Shown here: positions 8,833 through 16,304 of the stretch, piece after piece | Layout of the letters: every line of letters begins with the position of its first letter | Numbering within the stretch: the first letter of the stretch is position 1 | Source of the DNA: a bacterium | Lineage (GTDB): Bacteria > Patescibacteriota > Minisyncoccia > Minisyncoccales > GWA2-46-15 | Assembly (NCBI GenBank): GCA_030693425.1 | Contig: JAUYAM010000002.1 | Coordinates: 256,632 to 320,631, forward strand | Direction: 5' to 3' | Length of the DNA stretch: 64,000 nucleotides | The notes under the pieces: generated by a model | The model's input: only the letters and a program-made list of their open reading frames with translations | Told to the model about the DNA's origin: nothing | Database searches by the model: none | Made by a program: the position numbers and the translations under genes

Positions 8833-9432
8833 TTACCCGACCAAAAACTTAAAGACTGAAAAAACAAGGGTATTGAGGAAGCGAAAACCAAAGAGAACGA
8901 AAAACACCAGCAGAAACGGGCCGTACTGATGAAAAAAAAGCCTGACTCTGGAAAACTTTTCCGGCAGCAAAGAAAAAAGGATCGACGAACCGTCGAGCGG
9001 AGGAAAAGGCACCAGGTTGAAAAATCCCCACAAGAGATTGTACAAAATAATCGTCCCTAAGAGCTGGATCATTAGCCCAGGCAACGGGAAAACCCTGATG
9101 ATGATGCTGAAAAAAACCGCCACCAGGAAATTGGCTGCCGGCCCGGCCAGGGAAACTTTCAACAGGCCCCACTTTTGATCTTTAAAATTATAAGGATTGA
9201 CCGGCACCGGCTTTGCCCAACCGAAAAGAGGCCCCCGGCCGGCTGTCACCATGAATAGAAGCAAAGGTACCAAAACCGAACCAAAAGGATCCAGGTGCTT
9301 TAAGGGGTTTAAAGACAACCGGCCCTGGTCCTTGGCAGTGTTGTCGCCCAGAGCTTCTGCGGCCAATCCGTGAGAAACCTCGTGGATGACCAGGGAAAAA
9401 AGCAGAACAACTAAAGTGAAAATCGTAAACAT
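8833..9432 (-). CDS. site-2 protease family (peptidase M50) membrane metalloprotease
   Basis: 199-aa polytopic ORF with HEVSHGLAA (HExxH) in the first TM and NLVPFPPLDGS near the C-terminal part, typical of M50. Confidence 0.8.
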   Translation of the reverse strand: MFTIFTLVVLLFSLVIHEVSHGLAAEALGDNTAKDQGRLSLNPLKHLDPFGSVLVPLLLFMVTAGRGPLFGWAKPVPVNPYNFKDQKWGLLKVSLAGPAANFLVAVFFSIIIRVFPLPGLMIQLLGTIILYNLLWGFFNLVPFPPLDGSSILFSLLPEKFSRVRLFFHQYGPFLLVFFVLFGFRFLNTLVFSVFKFLVG

Positions 9433-9523
9433 GAAATTATCTTACCACAAAAGGTTGTAAAAATACAGGTTTTAGTGTAACATTAAACCCGAACTAAAAC
9501 ATTAACCAGCATTAATAAACGTC

Positions 9524-9709
9524 ATGGCGAATATCTGCTCAATCTGCAAAAAAACTTCAACCGTAACCTGGAAGCTGAGAAAGCTCCGGGGAAAATACAA
9601 CCCCACCATCAAAAGAAGAAAGTATCCCAATTTGCAATGGGTTCGTTTGAATAATGGGAAAAGAGTTCGAGCGTGTACAAAATGCATCAAGGCAATGGCT
9701 AAAACATAA
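9524..9709 (+). CDS. rpmB: 50S ribosomal protein L28
   Basis: 61-aa basic ORF. CSICKK...RKYPNLQWVRL..GKRVRACTKCIK resembles bL28. Confidence 0.8.
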   Translation: MANICSICKKTSTVTWKLRKLRGKYNPTIKRRKYPNLQWVRLNNGKRVRACTKCIKAMAKT

Positions 9710-9715
9710 CGGTCT

Positions 9716-9845
9716 TAAAATCCAAATTTCAAAATCCAAATTACAAATAAATTCCAAATTCCAAAATTCTAAACCGTTTAAATATTTAAACTTTGGTCAT
9801 TGGATATTGTTTGGGATTTGATGCTTGGTGCTTGGAATTTAATAT
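9716..9845. repeat. long degenerate inverted repeat of A-tract/TCCAAA units around a perfect 16-bp palindrome
   Basis: GTTTAAATATTTAAAC at 9778-9793 is a perfect palindrome. The left arm carries AAATCCAAA/AAATTCCAAA units. The right arm carries TTTGGGATTT/TTGGAATTT units. Confidence 0.45.
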
Positions 9846-9848
9846 TTA

Positions 9849-9919
9849 CGGGCTGTAGTATAACAGTAGTATACCACTTTGGGGTAGTGGCGGTCCCGGC
9901 GCACCTCCGGGCAGCCCGA
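9849..9919 (+). ncRNA. tRNA-sized cloverleaf, possible atypical tRNA-Pro(GGG) or tRNA mimic
   Basis: 7-bp acceptor CGGGCTG/CAGCCCG plus A73. Anticodon stem with loop TTGGGGT (GGG, G37). 5-bp T stem CCCGG/CCGGG. However, the T loop is CGCACCT with no TTC, and the D loop has no GG. Confidence 0.3.
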
Positions 9920-9937
9920 CATCTAAACAAAAACCGT

Positions 9938-10810
9938 ATGAAACTTCTGCCGGTTAAATGTAATTTCTGTGGAAAAAAGTTTTATCGCTCGATTGGCAGA
10001 ATTAACGAATCTAAAAAATCTGGTTGGAAACAATTTTGCTCTCCACGGTGCCTATCTCGCCTTAGGACTACGAGACAATTTTTAACATGCGCCAATCCAA
10101 CTTGTGGGCAAAAATTCTATCGAGAGATTTCGCAAATAAAGATAGTTAAAAGATCTTTTTGTTCTTCATCCTGCACCGCCGTTTTTAACAACCGCGAACG
10201 CTATAAGAACCTGCCGCCAAATCTATGCGCTAACCCTTTATGCAGAAAACCGATACCGCGTGGAAGGAAATACTGCTCATCAGCTCACCGCATTAACCCA
10301 AAAAAGATACCGGAAGATTTACACAGAGAGCAGATTATTAATCGGATCAAAGATTTCTATCGAAAGCGGAAAAGAATACCGGTTAAGCGAGAGATGTACG
10401 GCATTTATAAAACAGCGAGATACTTATTCGGTAACTGGAATAATGCGGTAAAGGCGTCTGGCTTTAAACCGAATCCGGTGATGTTTTCGGAAAAACAGAT
10501 TGCCAACGATGGTCATATTTGCGATTCCGTCGCCGAAAAGATAATCGATAACTGGTTGTCTGCCAGAAAAATCATCCACCAAAGAAATGTCGCCTACCCC
10601 GAAAGTCCCTATACTGCTGATTTTGCCATCAATGGGAAATTGATAGAATTTTTTGGATTAGCTGGAGAAATGAAAAATTATGATAATATTATCTTAGAGA
10701 AAAGAAAGATATCTACAAAATCGAAAATCCCCCTTATAGAAATTTATCCCCGTGACCTGTTTCCTATTAAAAACCTCAATAGAGTTTTATCCAAACAATT
10801 ACTAGCTTAA
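9938..10810 (+). CDS. Zn-ribbon repeat / HEARO-like repeat / Vsr(DUF559)-like endonuclease-fold protein
   Basis: Start at MKLLPVKCNFCGKKF (ATG 9938). Three CxxCGK..F..FCSxxC modules. YLFGNWNNAVKASGF resembles the homing-endonuclease-associated repeat. The C-terminus YTADFAINGKLIEFFG is PD-(D/E)xK/Vsr-like. Confidence 0.6.
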   Translation: MKLLPVKCNFCGKKFYRSIGRINESKKSGWKQFCSPRCLSRLRTTRQFLTCANPTCGQKFYREISQIKIVKRSFCSSSCTAVFNNRERYKNLPPNLCANPLCRKPIPRGRKYCSSAHRINPKKIPEDLHREQIINRIKDFYRKRKRIPVKREMYGIYKTARYLFGNWNNAVKASGFKPNPVMFSEKQIANDGHICDSVAEKIIDNWLSARKIIHQRNVAYPESPYTADFAINGKLIEFFGLAGEMKNYDNIILEKRKISTKSKIPLIEIYPRDLFPIKNLNRVLSKQLLA

Positions 10811-10813
10811 AAT

Positions 10814-11378
10814 ATGACCAAATACATTCTCCACGGCGGCTATACCAAAGAAATAAATCGAGATAACGATTCATTCTTCACCGAAATCACTGCCGATGCT
10901 AAAAACGGGGCACAAATTTTGCTTTGTTATTTTGCCAGAAAAAGTGAAGAAACCCCCCGCGCTCTTTCGAAGAGACAAAAACAGAATAATTAAACACAGT
11001 AAAAATAAAAGATTAGAATTTGTTTTGGCTAGCGAAAATGATTTTGCTGAACAAGTAAGAAATGCTGACATAATTTTCCTTGCCGGCGGCAAGACGTTTC
11101 GGCTCGTCAAAAAACTTTCTAAATTTCCCGATCTCGAACGGTCCTTCAAAAATAAAATTGTCGTTGCCTCTTCGTCCGGTGTTTATGTTCTATCGAAATA
11201 TTTTTGCACGAATTTCCCGCCAAAACTCGGTAAGGGATTAGGAATTCTCAATATCAAAACCTTTTGCCATTATGACCAAAAAACATACGGCAAGTGGCTG
11301 AAAAAACTCATCGCCCATAAAAAGAGTTTGCCCATCCTCACTCTCCCCAATTACAAATGGGTAGTAATTTATAAATAA
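10814..11378 (+). pseudogene. peptidase S51 / class-I amidotransferase-like gene interrupted by a +1 frameshift in a C6 run
   Basis: ATG 10814 gives MTKYILHGGYTKE...LLCYFARKSEETP, then stops at 10991-10993. The 10896 frame continues ALFRRDKNRI...ADIIFLAGGKTFRL. The frames join at CCCCCC 10953-10958. Confidence 0.5.
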
Positions 11379-11412
11379 CTTCTCGTCTCAAAAAAGACCC
11401 TCGACCAAAAAA

Positions 11413-11434
11413 CGCCCCGCTAAAAGCGGGACGG
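11413..11434 (+). terminator. hairpin CCCGCT-AAA-AGCGGG after the S51-like gene
   Basis: Stem 11416-11421 pairs with 11425-11430, preceded by an A-run and followed by TCTTT. Member of the GTCCCGCT hairpin family. Confidence 0.45.
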
Positions 11435-11613
11435 TCTTTGATGGCCCAATTCCCTCCTAGTAGAATAATCCGGTGAAAATTCACTGGTGGGTGTCCGCTT
11501 CCGCCGCCCACGGGCGGCGGAAATAAAGACTCCCTAAAAAAATGTATTGCCGAATCTAACTAAGAAGGAACAGGACCGCTTATATTGTACCGCAAAGCAA
11601 AATCACTGGTCAA

Positions 11614-11648
11614 GCAAAAATCGGCTGGCAAAAAGCGCGCAGCCGATT
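11614..11648 (-). terminator. intrinsic terminator of the 119-aa gene
   Basis: On the reverse strand, AATCGGCTG - 12-nt loop - CAGCCGATT is followed by TTTTGC, 14 nt after the stop at 11662. Confidence 0.65.
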
Positions 11649-11661
11649 CTTTTAGAAACAA

Positions 11662-12021
11662 CTATTCGGTCTCTTTAATCTGCTCCTCTATATCCCATGT
11701 CTCGAATAAAGACCATCCGGCGTTGACAAATTCGAGAGAAATGAACTTTGTCTTGGGATAAAGAAAAACTCCCACTCCGCCCAGAATCTCGTTCTGGAAA
11801 CGACTCACTTCTTCTCGCTTCAGCACGTCGCCGGTTGAGCCATAGTGGATGGCCAGAATCCTGACATGTTCCTCAGGCTCAAACACCCGCGTTGAAGCCA
11901 AAACCTCGCAGGTATTGTTCCGGCCAAAACGATTGGCAGTTCCCAAAACAATATTTCTCAACTGCTCAGTACCAACCCCCGTCGCCAACATACTATCCAG
12001 AACCACAAAGATCTTGAACAT
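11662..12021 (-). CDS. hypothetical protein (G+C-rich island gene 2)
   Basis: 119-aa ORF with strong SD GAGGAGG 5 nt upstream of the ATG. No family recognised. Confidence 0.6.
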   Translation of the reverse strand: MFKIFVVLDSMLATGVGTEQLRNIVLGTANRFGRNNTCEVLASTRVFEPEEHVRILAIHYGSTGDVLKREEVSRFQNEILGGVGVFLYPKTKFISLEFVNAGWSLFETWDIEEQIKETE

Positions 12022-12162
12022 ATGATCCTCCTCACCAAAAAGATTGAAAGGACAAACAGTTTAATCTTTATTACCAAAATAAATTGTTTTTGTCAAAACA
12101 AAAGTGGCCACGATTGCTCGCCGCCACTATGTTTTTCCAATCAGTCCTTGAATGCCGACCGG

Positions 12163-13026
12163 CTAAGGCATAGCCGGCGGCGGGGTAAAGTCAAAGGGAT
12201 TTGGCATCTGTCCCTTTGGACAGGGCTTGAACGTCCAGTTATCGTACATATGGCTGAGGGGAGATTCCCGTAAACTGCTTAACAGCTTTCTGGGATAAAC
12301 CCCGCCCCAGTTGGACGCTACGCCGTTAGTGACGTAGGCCCAAAACAGGGTCCCGACCGTTTCAGCGACCGGAATCCACCACTGCCAGCGTTTGACCTTC
12401 CCATTAGCGTCTACCCAGGCGCCACAACGAGGCCCGCCATACCTGGTAGACGCTATGATTCCGGCGTAATTCGCCAGAAACCAGTTGAGCTCTACATTTG
12501 CCCAAGCCCCTGGCGTATACGGATCGTGCGCCGGATTTGAATGAACCGGCGCATACACGCCAGAGGCCATGTAATTTATCAACCATACAGACGCGGCAAT
12601 AACGATCAGCAACTTGACTTCGTTGCTGACCACGATCGCCGCCACCACCTCGTCCCCAAGAATAGGAGAAAGTGTGGTAATAGTAAGGGCAACCGCGCCG
12701 ATCGCGACACCTTCCAGAATGTCCTCTTGATTATAGTCGCCGCAGATGATCATTCTCTCATCTCCGGCGAGAGGAACGGTCTGATCTGATTCCTGGCATT
12801 CTTGCGGGAGCAGGCCAGTGGGGATGCCATGATCCTCAACCCAAAGATTGGCGTCAATGATGAAATCTTGTGGGGTGAGGACCGGCGGCTCAGGCGGAAG
12901 GGGCACGCCGGGGGCGTACTCATTTTCCGGCCAGATGGATTCAGATGGTTTGGGACCGCAGGCGCCCGCGATGAGCGCCACCAAAACCATAATAATAAGA
13001 ATCGCGATTGTCTTTGAGCTTTTCAT
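12163..13026 (-). CDS. hypothetical secreted protein, probable lipoprotein (G+C-rich island gene 1)
   Basis: 287-aa ORF. N-terminus MKSSKTIAILIIMVLVALIAGAC looks like a signal peptide with a lipobox-like Cys. SD AGGAGG 5 nt upstream. Visibly higher G+C than its neighbours. Confidence 0.65.
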   Translation of the reverse strand: MKSSKTIAILIIMVLVALIAGACGPKPSESIWPENEYAPGVPLPPEPPVLTPQDFIIDANLWVEDHGIPTGLLPQECQESDQTVPLAGDERMIICGDYNQEDILEGVAIGAVALTITTLSPILGDEVVAAIVVSNEVKLLIVIAASVWLINYMASGVYAPVHSNPAHDPYTPGAWANVELNWFLANYAGIIASTRYGGPRCGAWVDANGKVKRWQWWIPVAETVGTLFWAYVTNGVASNWGGVYPRKLLSSLRESPLSHMYDNWTFKPCPKGQMPNPFDFTPPPAMP

Positions 13027-13097
13027 TTTGCCCTCCTTTCAGGGCATAAAACTAATGGATTGGACTTGCGGACTGATTGGCAAAGAACTTAATCTAG

Positions 13098-13126
13098 ATT
13101 ATAAAATGATTATCAACTTTTGTCAA
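13098..13126 (-). promoter_or_regulatory. consensus sigma70-type promoter for the lipoprotein gene
   Basis: The reverse strand reads TTGACA (13126-13121), a 17-nt spacer, then TATAAT (13103-13098), about 70 nt upstream of the ATG. Confidence 0.65.
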
Positions 13127-13191
13127 ACCTCACGCCAAAAACGCCCGGCCTTTCCCGGCCTTTTTTGATTCTCAAACCTAGAACAAAAACA

Positions 13192-13223
13192 ATCGATAAA
13201 CCTACGATCGTAGGTTTATCGAT
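13192..13223. repeat. perfect 32-bp palindrome ATCGATAAACCTACGATCGTAGGTTTATCGAT, copy 1
   Basis: Perfect dyad checked base by base. Lies 42 nt 3' of the kinase-like gene stop and is followed on the reverse strand by TTGTTTTTG. A second copy is at 54891-54918. Confidence 0.85.
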
Positions 13224-13264
13224 ATTTCAATGTCAATGGATTTACCCCGGCAATTTAATTTTAA

Positions 13265-14332
13265 CTAAATGCCCAAAACCTTGACTAGTTGCTTTATCAA
13301 AGAAACGACTACTGCCGGCGCCAGCAGGCTGACCGAAGGCACGCCCTCGTCATCAGCAAAAACCCAGGGCTTTTCAATAACAACAACTTTCTTTTCCGCC
13401 TCATTCCATTTATAGCTGTATTCCGGAGTAATCTCATAATCGTCAGCCAAATTCTTTGCCTGGTCAGCGGGTATGGAATTCCTTAAAAGAATCTTGGGAA
13501 TGCCGTAAAGTGAATTGGCTTTATTAATCAGGTTGGCATCGATGTTTAGCCTGTCACGGATCCCTTCCATGCCCAAATCGCCCCCTTCTTTACTTATCAT
13601 TTCAGCTCCGCTGCAAGTCGGGTTATCGCAAGACAAATAAAACTCTTTTTTGTCTTGGTGATAGTCAATTTTAGTAGTTGGCAATAATTTTAGATTTCTT
13701 GAAGTCTGACATTTGGGACAAACTCTTCTATACTTCATTCTTTCTTCAATAACCTTTTCCGGCAGATCAATTAAAACAAAAAAGTCCGGATCATCCCGAT
13801 AGCCAATCAACTCCCTAAAGAATAAAGAATAGGAAACCTGATCCAAGTTTCTCGGAAAGCCGTCTAAAAACAATGCTTTTTTGCTAACTTTGGAAATTTC
13901 CCTTTTTAAAAGAGCTAAAATAAATTCGGTAGGCAAAAGCGTTTTAAGATCGCGGCCCAATAAAGCATCAATGGCTTTTTCTATGGGCAAATAGCCACGA
14001 TAGTTTTTCTCTAAAAACTCAATCAATGACTTTTTCTCCTCCTCGCTAGCCTCAACCGCTTTATGAACAGATCTGACCAGATCTCCAATTGAAATCTGGG
14101 CCATTCTGTCTTCTCCAAAAATCTCAATCAACAATTTTGAATAAGTGCCCTTGCCTGAATTCTTTTTCCCTAAAAGGTAGGCGATAAAACTGTTTTTCTC
14201 AAGATAAGTTTTTATCTTTTCGATTTCCGGGCCCGCCTTTAAATGAAAATATTCCCATCGTTCGGATGGGTCTGATAAATTAAGCTTTTTGCTCAATCCT
14301 TCAACTTTGGTTTTAAAAAAAGGAAAATCCAT
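13265..14332 (-). CDS. adenylate-kinase-family (NMP kinase-like) protein, unusually long
   Basis: Start at MDFPFFKTK (ATG 14330-14332). P-loop GKKNSGKGT. LID-like Cys pairs CPKC...CDNPTC. About 355 aa, much longer than the roughly 200-aa adenylate kinases I am familiar with. Confidence 0.55.
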   Translation of the reverse strand: MDFPFFKTKVEGLSKKLNLSDPSERWEYFHLKAGPEIEKIKTYLEKNSFIAYLLGKKNSGKGTYSKLLIEIFGEDRMAQISIGDLVRSVHKAVEASEEEKKSLIEFLEKNYRGYLPIEKAIDALLGRDLKTLLPTEFILALLKREISKVSKKALFLDGFPRNLDQVSYSLFFRELIGYRDDPDFFVLIDLPEKVIEERMKYRRVCPKCQTSRNLKLLPTTKIDYHQDKKEFYLSCDNPTCSGAEMISKEGGDLGMEGIRDRLNIDANLINKANSLYGIPKILLRNSIPADQAKNLADDYEITPEYSYKWNEAEKKVVVIEKPWVFADDEGVPSVSLLAPAVVVSLIKQLVKVLGI

Positions 14333-14336
14333 ATTC

Positions 14337-14400
14337 CTTGTATTTAGTATTTTGTATTTAGTATCTAGTATACGAAATACCAGATACAAGATACTAGATG
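14337..14400. repeat. TAGTAT-rich quasi-palindromic intergenic element, copy B
   Basis: TATCTAGTAT pairs with ATACTAGAT. Related to 7793-7876 in inverted orientation. Fills the gap between the MBL gene stop and the kinase-like gene start. Confidence 0.6.
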
Positions 14401-14412
14401 CAAAAACCCGAG

Positions 14413-15288
14413 TTAATCTCTTTTCTCCGTATTAATTATTATTTTTGCGCCATCAGAAAAAGCCTTGATATTCCCCCGCTCGTCTGTTCTCATCACTTTG
14501 ATACCATATTTTTCTAATCTTCCCAAGACTTCTGGAGCCGGGTGGCCGTACCTATTATCTTTACCGACCTGAATGACGGCAATTTCTGGGTTAACCTTCT
14601 CAAGAAAAGATTCTCCGGTCGAACTTGAAGAGCCGTGGTGGCCGATTTTGAGAACCTGGCTTGAAATATCGGTCCCCTCTTCTATTAGTTTCTTTTCAAT
14701 AGATACGGGAGCGTCTCCGGTAAAGAGAAAAGTGTTTTTACCGTAAACCATTCTCAAAACCAAAGAGGAAGTATTATAGTCTTTGACTGCCTTTCCTTCA
14801 AAATCCTCCAGAGGCGCCAAGACTTCAAAGAAAAGGTTTCTGCCGACAAGGATTTTTTGGCCTTTCTTTAAGACAACTTTGCTTGATTTGTTTTCCTCGA
14901 TTTCATTGCTAAGCTCCTGGAATTCTAACGTCAAACCCTTGACCCCTGTCCAGCCGACCAAACCTACCTTATAACTCTTCAATACCTCGACTAACCCGCT
15001 TATGTGGTCTGAATCAGGATGAGTGGCAATGATAAAATCAAGTGACCTGTCAAAGAAAGGCAATTCTTTACCAAGTTTTTCAACAATCTTTTTTGAAGGA
15101 CCGCCGTCAATCAGAATCTGGGTCTTTTTCGGAGTCTCAATGAAGATAGCGTCTCCCTGGCCAACATCAAAGAAAACTACTTTTAGAGATTGCCCGCTGG
15201 CTTGAAAAACAGCTGTCCAGGCCAAAACATTAAAACAAAAAAGAATCGCTATAATGCCAATGATAAGTTTTCTGGATCTAATGTTCAT
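14413..15288 (-). CDS. MBL-fold metallo-hydrolase, ComEC C-terminal-domain-like, membrane anchored
   Basis: 291-aa ORF. N-terminal TM, FFDVGQGDA, ATHPDSDHISG and HHGS motifs typical of the ComEC/Rec2-type beta-lactamase fold. Confidence 0.8.
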   Translation of the reverse strand: MNIRSRKLIIGIIAILFCFNVLAWTAVFQASGQSLKVVFFDVGQGDAIFIETPKKTQILIDGGPSKKIVEKLGKELPFFDRSLDFIIATHPDSDHISGLVEVLKSYKVGLVGWTGVKGLTLEFQELSNEIEENKSSKVVLKKGQKILVGRNLFFEVLAPLEDFEGKAVKDYNTSSLVLRMVYGKNTFLFTGDAPVSIEKKLIEEGTDISSQVLKIGHHGSSSSTGESFLEKVNPEIAVIQVGKDNRYGHPAPEVLGRLEKYGIKVMRTDERGNIKAFSDGAKIIINTEKRD

Positions 15289-16120
15289 ATTCTAAGACAG
15301 GCCTGAATCCCTGAGTCGAATACCGGTCATCTGGAAGATCCGCAAACCTAAAAGCCGCTCTGCAGAAAACCTCGCCCCGGGAATAAGAACCTCCTCTTCC
15401 CACCCTTCTTGTATTAACAGCCAGATCTTCTCTGCCGTCTTTCGGGTTATAAGGATATTTATATTTTGACGGCCATGGCTCAATGCTCCCAATAGTGGTC
15501 GAGGTCCACTCAAAAACATTCCCGCACATGTCAGCGCAGCCATAGGGACTGTCTGAGTCAGGCGAAAATCTCTTTATTGGAGTCGTATCCTTGATTCTGT
15601 ATTCAGCGTTGCAGATATCAGGATCCCAGCTATTTCCCCAGGGAAAGATTCTTGCTTCTGTCCCCCTGGCCGCTTTTTCCCACTCAGCTTCTGTGGGAAG
15701 CCGATATTTTTTTCCGGTTTCTTTGGATAGCCACCGGCAATACTCAATAGCGTCATGCCAGGAAACCTGAACAACCGGATGGTCCATCTTTTCATCAATG
15801 CCAGAAGCTGACCCTTGGGGATGTTTCCAGTCGGCCCCTTTTATCTCATTAAATCCTGGAGTAAAAACCATTCCAGTTCCTTCTTTTTCTGCAGTAGTGA
15901 CATAACTCGTATCTTTAATAAAAGCTAAAAACTCTCTGTTGCTGATGGGAGTTTTACCAATATAGTATTCTTTAAGGAAAACTTTGTGCTGGGGTAATTC
16001 TCTTTCAAGCAATCTTTTGTCTATCTCGGGAAACCTTTTAAACAAATCTTCTATTTGTTCTTTGGTTGATCCCATCATGGATTCCCCTTCAGGAATTTTT
16101 ACTAATTCTGGCTCAATCAT
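15278..16120 (-). CDS. formylglycine-generating-enzyme (SUMF1/FGE-sulfatase) domain protein
   Basis: 280-aa ORF. HPVVQVSWHDAIEYCRWLS...YRLPTEAEWEKAARG...RVGRGGSY...GFRPV is the FGE-domain signature. Confidence 0.85.
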   Translation of the reverse strand: MIEPELVKIPEGESMMGSTKEQIEDLFKRFPEIDKRLLERELPQHKVFLKEYYIGKTPISNREFLAFIKDTSYVTTAEKEGTGMVFTPGFNEIKGADWKHPQGSASGIDEKMDHPVVQVSWHDAIEYCRWLSKETGKKYRLPTEAEWEKAARGTEARIFPWGNSWDPDICNAEYRIKDTTPIKRFSPDSDSPYGCADMCGNVFEWTSTTIGSIEPWPSKYKYPYNPKDGREDLAVNTRRVGRGGSYSRGEVFCRAAFRFADLPDDRYSTQGFRPVLEYEH

Positions 16121-16304
16121 ACTGTTATTTTATCAAAAAACCGCCTCTTTGCCCACCTCCGTTGTTAAACTCCGGCGGGCAATGGCGATCAGGTCTAAAA
16201 ACTAATAACTAAAAGCTATAAACTCGTTTATCCTGCCTACGGGACGACGCCTGCCCCGCATACAGCTTTGCTGTTGTACTGGGGTTAGAACCTATCTAGT
16301 AAAC

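Noticed and set aside
11440-11600. Hairpin-rich intergenic region (CCGGTGAA-AA-TTCACTGG; TTCCGCCGCCC-AC-GGGCGGCGGAA) as a possible small RNA gene.
   Set aside because: The hairpins are real, but I could not link them to any known RNA family, a promoter, or repeats elsewhere in the window. It stays unannotated rather than called.
13141-13170. AAAAACGCCCGGCCTTTCCCGGCCTTTTTT as an intrinsic terminator.
   Set aside because: CCCGGCC is a direct repeat, not an inverted one. Only 4-bp GGCC/GGCC self-pairing is possible, which is too weak to call. The nearby 32-bp palindrome is the more plausible terminator.
15278-16120. Possible diversity-generating retroelement target, because FGE/C-type-lectin-fold C-termini are common DGR variable proteins.
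   Set aside because: There is no reverse transcriptase or accessory gene, and no template-repeat copy of the 3' end of this gene anywhere in the window.
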